A DNA stretch of 7,438 nt, taken from contig CAYJPP010000025.1 in assembly GCA_964372175.1 (NCBI GenBank), forward strand, positions 1 through 7,438. The letters run 5' to 3'. This document shows, piece after piece, positions 1-5,324 of the stretch (within the stretch, counting starts at the first letter, position 1; each line of letters starts with the position of its first letter). The position numbers and the translations under genes are program-made. The DNA is from an uncultured Muribaculaceae bacterium. Lineage in GTDB: Bacteria > Bacillota_I > Bacilli_A > RF39 > UBA660. Below the pieces are notes generated by a model, which saw only the letters and a list, made by a program, of their open reading frames with translations, searched no databases and was not told the origin of the DNA.

Positions 1-11
1 CCACCTCCTTT
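1..11 (-). promoter_or_regulatory. Shine-Dalgarno of a minus-strand gene that starts beyond the left edge of the window
   Basis: The reverse complement of 1-18 reads TTTTTTTAAAGGAGGTGG, a near-perfect Gram-positive RBS at the window edge. It lies ~100 nt downstream of the kinase stop on the same strand. The start codon itself is outside the window. Confidence 0.4.
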
Positions 12-111
12 AAAAAAATATTCTATATAAACTTCAATTAAATCTTTTCTTTTTTTCGTTTCTTATAACATCCTCTTCCTTTCTATAACTAGTATATAAT
101 AATAACCTTAA

Positions 112-1341
112 TCAAATCTTAAATTTAATTACAAATTTTGTTTTTTTATTTATCTCACTAACTACGCTAATTTCTCCATTCAATTTATTTACAATACTCT
201 TAGCTATAAATAATCCTAATCCATAACTGTTATTGCTTCTTGATTTATCACTTTTATAAAACCTATCAAATATATAAGGTAAATCATTAGGAGCTATTCC
301 TTGACCACTATTTTCTACCTCAATATATACATTTTTTTTAACTTCATAAACTTTAATCGTAATATTTCCTTTTTCTTTATTATATTTTATAGCATTATCA
401 AGCAATATTTTAATAACTTGTTCTATTTTGTTTTCATCAGTTTGAATTATAACACAGTCATCAATATTAGTTTTAAGTTTGATATTGTTTTCAAAAATCA
501 TTGCTTCAAAAGATAAGCATATATTTCTAATAACTTCCGATAAGTTAACAGAAGTAATATTATATTTATCTTCTTCTGCTTTTGCTGATATTAACAACTC
601 ATTAATTAATTTGTTCATTCCAGATGTTTGATACTTAATATAATCTAACCATTTCGATTGATTCTTAACACAATCATCTCCATTTAATCTTATTGCATCA
701 ATATTAGCATTTATAATTGTTAAAGGCGTCTTCAACTCATGAGTAGCATCTGCAACAAATTGTTTTTGCTTTTTCCATATTGTTTCAACAGGTTTTATTG
801 ATTTATTAGCAAAGTATAAACTGATAAAATAAATAACTATCATCACTACTATACCAACTGTTATTAACATGAATAAAAGAGTGCTTAACACTTGATTACT
901 ACTTGTTATATCTATAAAATTAATTTTATAATATGAATCACCTATAAGATTTTGTTCAGTATCTCTTGGTAAGACAGAAATCTGATACATCCATTCCTTT
1001 TCATCCAGTTCAATTATTCCATTATGATTATCTAAATTAACAACTATTTCAAAATACTCATCATCAACTATATCTAAGCTTGATAATATTTTTGTTAAAT
1101 TAAAGTTTTCATCAGTTAATAACGAAAAGGACGATATATCATTATTAATTATCTCTTTTTCTTGATAAGGATTTCTAATATTTGTGAAATTTATTAGTTG
1201 ATGTCTATTAACTCTTTCTAAATTATCATTGTCAATAAAATGTGCTGTTAAAAAATATATTCCGGTAAAAGAAATCATCATAACAACAGAGATTATTATT
1301 AAATTAATAATTAATAGTTTTCTTTTTAAATCTTTAATCAT
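112..1341 (-). CDS. Membrane-bound sensor histidine kinase (HisKA + HATPase_c)
   Basis: 409-aa ORF. Two hydrophobic TM segments (aa ~9-31 and ~152-177) flank a ~120-aa extracytoplasmic loop. Motifs: H-box ADATHELKTPLT (His201, codon 739-741), N-box LLDNAIKYN, G1 VENSGQGI, F-box IFDRFY, G2 GLGLFIAKSIV. Its ATG (1339-1341) overlaps the stop of the upstream regulator (ATGATTAA, 8-nt overlap). Confidence 0.95.
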   Translation of the reverse strand: MIKDLKRKLLIINLIIISVVMMISFTGIYFLTAHFIDNDNLERVNRHQLINFTNIRNPYQEKEIINNDISSFSLLTDENFNLTKILSSLDIVDDEYFEIVVNLDNHNGIIELDEKEWMYQISVLPRDTEQNLIGDSYYKINFIDITSSNQVLSTLLFMLITVGIVVMIVIYFISLYFANKSIKPVETIWKKQKQFVADATHELKTPLTIINANIDAIRLNGDDCVKNQSKWLDYIKYQTSGMNKLINELLISAKAEEDKYNITSVNLSEVIRNICLSFEAMIFENNIKLKTNIDDCVIIQTDENKIEQVIKILLDNAIKYNKEKGNITIKVYEVKKNVYIEVENSGQGIAPNDLPYIFDRFYKSDKSRSNNSYGLGLFIAKSIVNKLNGEISVVSEINKKTKFVIKFKI

Positions 1342-2014
1342 TTTTTTCCTCTATTATTTTATAACCAATTCCACGCACTGTTTTTATAACAACACCTGTA
1401 GCTAAACTTTCTAATTTTTTCCTTAAAAATGAAATATAAACTTCAACATTGTTATCAACTACAATTTGTTCAATGTTCCAAAGTTTATTAATCATAACTT
1501 CTTTTGCAACAATAGTTTCTGGTTTTTTTAAAAACATTTCTAATAACTGAGTTTCCTTCAATGTCAACGAATAACTCTTATCTTCACAACTAAGTATCAA
1601 ATTATCAAGATTTAATTCTAAATTACTATATTTCAAAACATTTGTAACAATCTCACTACTTCTTCTACTTAAAGTCTTAACTCTCGCTAATAATTCTTCG
1701 CTTTCAAAAGGCTTAGTCAAATAATCATCTGCGCCCATATCAAACCCAGTTAATTTGTCTTCAAGTTCTATTTTAGCGGTCAACATAATTACTGGTGTAT
1801 TAATTTTTTCTTCTCTTAACCTTCTCAATATATTAAAACCATCCATACTAGGCAACATAACATCTAAAACAATTACATCATAACTATTAGTTAATCCATA
1901 TTCTAATCCTTCCAAGCCATCAAAAACTATATCTATATTAATTTTATTTTTTTTAAATATGTGTTCTACTGCATAAGCCATATACTTTTGATCTTCTACT
2001 AATAATACTTTCAT
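1334..2014 (-). CDS. OmpR/PhoB-family two-component response regulator (receiver + winged-helix DNA-binding domain)
   Basis: 226-aa ORF. Receiver signature: E8-D9 acidic pocket, phospho-acceptor D51 in VIVLDVMLP, T79, and K101 in LTKPF. The C-terminal trans_reg_C-like region ends in TVRGIGYKI. RBS GGGAGGT (2019-2025, minus) lies just upstream of the ATG. Confidence 0.95.
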   Translation of the reverse strand: MKVLLVEDQKYMAYAVEHIFKKNKINIDIVFDGLEGLEYGLTNSYDVIVLDVMLPSMDGFNILRRLREEKINTPVIMLTAKIELEDKLTGFDMGADDYLTKPFESEELLARVKTLSRRSSEIVTNVLKYSNLELNLDNLILSCEDKSYSLTLKETQLLEMFLKKPETIVAKEVMINKLWNIEQIVVDNNVEVYISFLRKKLESLATGVVIKTVRGIGYKIIEEKND

Positions 2015-2025
2015 ACTACCTCCCT

Positions 2026-2041
2026 GCTATAAATTATAGCA
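2026..2041 (-). promoter_or_regulatory. Candidate extended -10 promoter (TGcTATAAT) for the regulator/kinase pair, embedded in a 15-bp palindrome
   Basis: The minus strand reads ATGCTATAATTTATAGCAGGGAGG. TATAAT is plus 2033-2038 and the TG lies within plus 2039-2041. No good -35 is present. GCTATAA-a-TTATAGC (2026-2040) is a perfect 7+7 inverted repeat covering the -10. Confidence 0.4.
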
Positions 2042-2060
2042 TCCTTTTCTTAAACATATC

Positions 2061-2303
2061 TTAAATATTATAAATTATAAAAATATAAACAATTATTAAT
2101 ATAGGAAATAATAAAAAAGTTATTTTTTTTGTTTTATGTCTAAATAATAACATTCCTAAAAAAATTCCAAAGCATCCACCTATTAAACCTAAGATATAAA
2201 ATGTTTTTTCAGAAACCCTTCTTTTCTTTTTTATTGCAAATCTCTTATCTAAATACATTAAAGTAATTGTTATTAAGTTTATTATCATTAAATATAAATA
2301 CAT
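2061..2303 (-). CDS. Small DUF1294-like membrane protein
   Basis: The ORF track gives 2061..2312 (GTG start). An ATG at 2301-2303 is preceded by GAGGTG (plus 2310-2315) at 6-nt spacing, so I prefer the 80-aa form MYLYLMII.... The core DKRFAIKKKRRVSEKTFYILGLIGGCFGIFLGMLLFRHKTKK matches my recollection of the DUF1294 signature (DK..A....R.PE..L..L...GG..G......FRHKT.K). Two to three TM helices. Confidence 0.8.
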   Translation of the reverse strand: MYLYLMIINLITITLMYLDKRFAIKKKRRVSEKTFYILGLIGGCFGIFLGMLLFRHKTKKITFLLFPILIIVYIFIIYNI

Positions 2304-2320
2304 ATTAATCACCTCATATT

Positions 2321-2350
2321 AGTATATATTTTTTTTGCCAATAAATCAAT
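2321..2350 (-). promoter_or_regulatory. Candidate SigA-type promoter for the DUF1294 gene
   Basis: The minus strand shows TTGATT (plus 2345-2350), an 18-nt spacer, then TATACT (plus 2321-2326), just upstream of the RBS. The match is moderate only. Confidence 0.3.
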
Positions 2351-2360
2351 TTTCACAAAT

Positions 2361-2389
2361 TTGACACATTTTTAATTCTGGGATACAAT
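2361..2389 (+). promoter_or_regulatory. SigA-type promoter of the lipoprotein gene
   Basis: TTGACA (2361-2366), exactly 17 nt of spacer, then TACAAT (2384-2389). It is followed by RBS GGAGG (2420-2424) 8 nt before the ATG at 2433. Confidence 0.7.
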
Positions 2390-2432
2390 ATAATTAGTTG
2401 AGAATTCAACGTTGTGAGAGGAGGTGTGAAGT

Positions 2433-2852
2433 ATGAATGGTTTAAAAATTGCAATCATCTCTGTTACTATCTTATTAATCACAACTGGGTGTTTTTCTAA
2501 AACATTAGAGTGTACAATGAATGATGATGATTTCGGTAATCAAACTATGGAGTTAAAGTATGATTCATCAGGAGAAAACTTAGAAACTTTTGAAATGACA
2601 CTCGAAGAAGAATTTGATAGCGAAGATGAAGCAAATGAGGCAGTTAATGAAGGTATTTGTAGTATGATAACAGGTGAATCAGTAACTGGTGTTGTATGTG
2701 AAGCAGAATCAAAAGGTAAATCTGTTGTTATGACTGTTACTTATGATGTAAGTGAATTAAGTGATGAAATGATAAAGGAATTAGAACTTGAAGGCATGAC
2801 TTATGATAACGCTAAATCAGAAGCAGAAAAAGATGGATATACATGTAACTAA
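2433..2852 (+). CDS. Small secreted acidic lipoprotein of unknown function
   Basis: 139-aa ORF with a strong RBS. N-terminus MNGLKIAIISVTILLITTG|C has a charged n-region, a hydrophobic core and a lipobox-like TTGC (Cys20). The mature part is very D/E-rich, with four further Cys (C27, C76, C89, C138). The ending DGYTCN recalls small clostridial YehR/DUF1307-like lipoproteins, but this is from memory only. Confidence 0.85.
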   Translation: MNGLKIAIISVTILLITTGCFSKTLECTMNDDDFGNQTMELKYDSSGENLETFEMTLEEEFDSEDEANEAVNEGICSMITGESVTGVVCEAESKGKSVVMTVTYDVSELSDEMIKELELEGMTYDNAKSEAEKDGYTCN

Positions 2853-2876
2853 AAAGCAATTATTTTGCTTTTTTTT
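2852..2876 (+). terminator. Rho-independent terminator of the lipoprotein gene
   Basis: AAAAGCAA (2852-2859), loop TTATT, TTGCTTTT (2865-2872), running into a T-tract to 2876, immediately after the TAA stop. The stem is AT-rich (2 GC pairs), as expected in this genome. Confidence 0.6.
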
Positions 2877-3029
2877 AACTTTTTAGAGTCTGTAAAAAGA
2901 GAGTGTAAAAATAACCTAATAGGCTTTTCGTAAGATTAGCATAATAAGTTATTTTTCTATAAAAAAGATGTGTCACGTTTTGTTTGCTTTTGCAAATGAA
3001 AGTGGCGATAATCTTTTTTCTTTTTATGA

Positions 3030-3076
3030 AATAAAAAGGGCAACAATATCATTAATTCAATTTATAATATTGTTGC
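3030..3076 (-). terminator. Perfect 10-bp inverted repeat, a possible minus-strand intrinsic terminator for the three-gene cassette or for an ncRNA
   Basis: GCAACAATAT (3040-3049) and ATATTGTTGC (3067-3076) are exact complements with a 17-nt loop. On the minus strand the hairpin is followed by CCTTTTTATTT (plus 3030-3039). On the plus strand no T-tract follows. Confidence 0.45.
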
Positions 3077-3145
3077 TTAAATGGGTTTCAAAAGGGTCAT
3101 CCCTTTGCACAATTATAAGTTAGCTTTAGCCGACTTAGTAGTGTG

Positions 3146-3193
3146 TTACTAACTCGACGAAAAGAGTTAGTTATTCCAAACGCCGTTAGTTAT
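3146..3193. repeat. Hairpin plus 9-bp direct repeat in the ORF-free spacer
   Basis: ACTAACTC (3148-3155) pairs with GAGTTAGT (3164-3171) around loop GACGAAAA. GTTAGTTAT occurs twice (3166-3174 and 3185-3193). A further small hairpin, AAAGGG-TCAT-CCCTTT, is at 3091-3106. Function unknown. Confidence 0.5.
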
Positions 3194-3375
3194 GAAATTT
3201 CTTTTGGCTTTTGTTTTTTTGATGTGTTATTTTTTGTATTTAACTAAATCAGATAAATCACAGCCAACCACATGAAGAAATCTTTCTTTATATTTGCAAA
3301 TTCGATTATTTTTTGTGTAAATATTTACTTCTTAAAAAAATTAGTTGTATTTTTGCCATAACTTTTTTGTTTCGT

Positions 3376-4914
3376 TTATTTCATTCTTCTGTGATTATCT
3401 TTTTGTTCAGTTTCATAACATAATTTTCTTAATTGATCATCAGTTATGTGAATAACTTTTCCACCAACTGGATTTATCTTCTTACCACCAAATACAATCC
3501 AAATTGCATTCACAGGAGTATTTGGCATTGGAGCTTCACCATCAGTAAATATAATTTTATTTTCTACTCTTTTCGTAAAAGCATTCACAGCAGCATTAAA
3601 GTTGGTTCCTCCACCACCACGATATTCTATGTTATCAATATCATCTAAAGTTCTTACTTCATTCCAGCCATAAAATCTAGTATCAAAACATCCTACTTTG
3701 ACACTTGAAGTTTGAAAAATATTTTTACATTCACGAAGAAAGTTTTTGAGCAAGTTTTCGTGTATTGATCCACTTGTATCTAATAATATCTCTGTTTCTG
3801 GAATAGGATAAGTTTCAAGATTCGGTGTTACAACACCATTATCTATTTCAGCATTAGCAAAAGACCAATCAACATCCATACTTACTGCTTCTCTAAGCCA
3901 TAATCGCCAATCTATTAAGGGCTTACTTATTCCTATATCCTTTATTTCGCGTTTTTCAGAATTAGTTGTACTTCCAGCTACCATAGATTCTCTAGATAAG
4001 GCATCAAGTAATTCTTGTAATTGTTCTTTTCTTGTTTGCTCATTTTTTTTGAATGCTTTTTTTTCACCCATTTCAAATAGTTTTTCTTGTGTTTCTTTTA
4101 ACTTCTCATCAAAAATTTCTTCTTGTGTTTTTGAATTTTGATTTTGATTTTCTTTTTCATCTTCTTTATCAAAACTTTCAGTTTCCTTATATCGTTTAAC
4201 AGCATGCTCCCACATACTATGAGTATCATGTCCTACATCTTCATTATTTTTTTCTTGACCACTATCATTCACACTTCCACTGCTAGAATCATGTTGTTCT
4301 TTTTTTTGTTCTGTGTCGCTAATTTGTGCAGAACTATTAGAAGATTGCTCTTTTTGATCAGTTTGCTCATCACTTTGTGATTGACTATCTTTTGATTCTT
4401 GATTTTGATTTCCTTGTGATTGTTCTTGATTTTGTTCTGAACTATAACCACTTTGTTGTCTAGAAGATTGACTTTGTTGACCATTTTCTTGTTTTGGCTG
4501 TTGTTCTTTTTCTTCTCGTAATAACTTTTCATACAATCTTTCGGCGTCATAATTTAGTGCGTCTTCAATATCCACACCACCCTCAACTAGAGGTAATCCA
4601 TCTTTTTTCAGAAATTGATTTATAACCGCGTCAGTTGCAATATTCCAAAGCCTTGAATCTTTACCCTCACTACGAAGAATATGATTAAAAGCTATATGGC
4701 ATATTTCATGAGCAAAAATAAATGATTGTTCATCACTCGATAATTTACTCAAAAATTCAGGATCATAATATACTGTTTTACCATCTGTTCCAGCAGTTCC
4801 CAAACCCTTTACTTCTTTCAATCTTAAACTTGCCACTGCACTACCAAAAAAAGGATATTTTATTAGCATTTTTCGTTTTATATCATCAATATTAAATGAA
4901 TCTATATATTCCAT
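3376..4914 (-). CDS. Zincin metallopeptidase + VWA (MIDAS) fusion protein with DUF2201-type architecture and a long low-complexity insert
   Basis: 512-aa ORF. N-terminal HEICH (aa 69-73, nt 4696-4710) is followed by NIATDAVIN and, after the insert, GHDTHSMW. The C-terminal VWA fold has an intact MIDAS: ILLDTSGS (D379-S383, nt 3766-3780), GGGGT (aa 433-437) and FTDGE (aa 456-460). RBS AGGTGA overlaps the TAG stop of the upstream gene (8-nt gap). Confidence 0.85.
   Translation of the reverse strand: MEYIDSFNIDDIKRKMLIKYPFFGSAVASLRLKEVKGLGTAGTDGKTVYYDPEFLSKLSSDEQSFIFAHEICHIAFNHILRSEGKDSRLWNIATDAVINQFLKKDGLPLVEGGVDIEDALNYDAERLYEKLLREEKEQQPKQENGQQSQSSRQQSGYSSEQNQEQSQGNQNQESKDSQSQSDEQTDQKEQSSNSSAQISDTEQKKEQHDSSSGSVNDSGQEKNNEDVGHDTHSMWEHAVKRYKETESFDKEDEKENQNQNSKTQEEIFDEKLKETQEKLFEMGEKKAFKKNEQTRKEQLQELLDALSRESMVAGSTTNSEKREIKDIGISKPLIDWRLWLREAVSMDVDWSFANAEIDNGVVTPNLETYPIPETEILLDTSGSIHENLLKNFLRECKNIFQTSSVKVGCFDTRFYGWNEVRTLDDIDNIEYRGGGGTNFNAAVNAFTKRVENKIIFTDGEAPMPNTPVNAIWIVFGGKKINPVGGKVIHITDDQLRKLCYETEQKDNHRRMK
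3957..4515 (-). repeat. Low-complexity Q/S/E/N/K-rich coding tract inside the peptidase-VWA gene
   Basis: aa ~134-320. The first part is EEKEQQPKQENGQQSQSSRQQSGYSSEQNQEQSQGNQNQESKDSQSQSDEQTDQKEQ.... The second part is K/E-rich and heptad-like (KLKETQEKLFEMGEKKAFKKNEQTRKEQLQELLDAL). The DNA shows reiterated TTGATTTTGATT-type short motifs and three A8 runs in the coding sense. Both extra ORFs of the track (4138-4380 +, 4269-4550 -) fall in this tract. Confidence 0.8.
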
Positions 4915-4922
4915 AGTTTCAC

Positions 4923-5324
4923 CTAAATATGAGCCACTAAAGAATAAATCTCTGGTGATATTTTATTTTTATCAACTTTATCACAAGTAATAACAATCGC
5001 ACAATTTTTAGGTAGTTCAAATGTACTTATCTTGCGGTATTTTAATATCTCACAAAATTTCACTTGATCATCAGCCCCAATATTAGTTAAATTATCAATT
5101 ACTAATATATTAACATTCAAATCCTTTTTAATCATCAATTCTTCATACCATTTTGGAGGCATGAAATCTACACCCTCATAGTGTCCGTTTAAAAGTTCGA
5201 CTGCGCAATTAGATGGTATGATCACTGAATTAGGAAGATTTTGCCCAGTTATTCCTTCAACTAAAATAGGAGAGATATTTGTTTTGATGTAAGTATTCAT
5301 CATATTTATTTTTTCTTGATTCAT
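4923..5324 (-). CDS. Small degenerate (P-loop-less) AAA+ core paralogue of the upstream ATPase
   Basis: 133-aa ORF. Its ATG overlaps the ATPase stop (ATGA at 5321-5324), and RBS GGTGG lies 9 nt upstream. It aligns by eye with aa ~315-460 of the 671-aa protein: FMPPKWYEEL with DVPPTWYKKL, ILVIDNLTN with IIFFDEITN, ELPKNCAIVITC with KLPDNARVVAAG, PEIYSLVAHI with EPLFNRFAHVYI. Confidence 0.8.
   Translation of the reverse strand: MNQEKINMMNTYIKTNISPILVEGITGQNLPNSVIIPSNCAVELLNGHYEGVDFMPPKWYEELMIKKDLNVNILVIDNLTNIGADDQVKFCEILKYRKISTFELPKNCAIVITCDKVDKNKISPEIYSLVAHI

Noticed and set aside
301-516. 71-aa plus-strand ORF antisense to the histidine kinase gene
   Set aside because: It lies entirely within a well-supported minus-strand CDS, has no RBS, and translates to an F/I/N-rich low-complexity product typical of shadow ORFs in AT-rich DNA.
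112-2014. The two-component system as the sensor or regulator of the three-gene cassette
   Set aside because: The two units are separated by a divergent promoter region, an independently transcribed and terminated plus-strand lipoprotein gene, and a ~520-bp spacer. The compositions also differ. Nothing in the sequence links them.
2304-2312. GTG start at 2312 for the DUF1294 gene, as given in the ORF track
   Set aside because: The GTG lies inside the best RBS (GAGGTG, plus 2310-2315). The ATG at 2301-2303 sits at ideal 6-nt spacing from that RBS, so the shorter 80-aa form is preferred.
2968-3123. 51-aa plus-strand ORF (MCHVLFAFANESGDNLFSFYEIKRATISLIQFIILLLKWVSKGSSLCTIIS) with a hydrophobic stretch, considered as a type I toxin-like peptide
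   Set aside because: It has no Shine-Dalgarno upstream (TTCTATAAAAAAG precedes the ATG). It also runs straight through the 10-bp inverted repeat and the next hairpin. It cannot be supported from sequence alone and is left as part of the spacer finding.
3080-3225. tRNA, tmRNA or a known riboswitch in the structured spacer (as a possible integration target)
   Set aside because: I could not fit a cloverleaf: there is no GTTCGAATC-like T-arm, no acceptor-stem pairing and no CCA context. I recognised no riboswitch consensus, and no downstream plus-strand gene exists for a riboswitch to control.
3433-3648. 71-aa plus-strand ORF antisense to the VWA domain region
   Set aside because: It is a shadow ORF inside a motif-supported CDS, with no RBS and no recognisable motifs.
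4138-4550. Two overlapping ORFs (4138-4380 +, 80 aa; 4269-4550 -, 93 aa, alternative frame) in the low-complexity linker
   Set aside because: Both are frame artefacts of the repetitive Q/S/E/K-coding tract. Their translations are low-complexity, they have no RBS, and the main frame is continuous with conserved peptidase and VWA motifs on either side.
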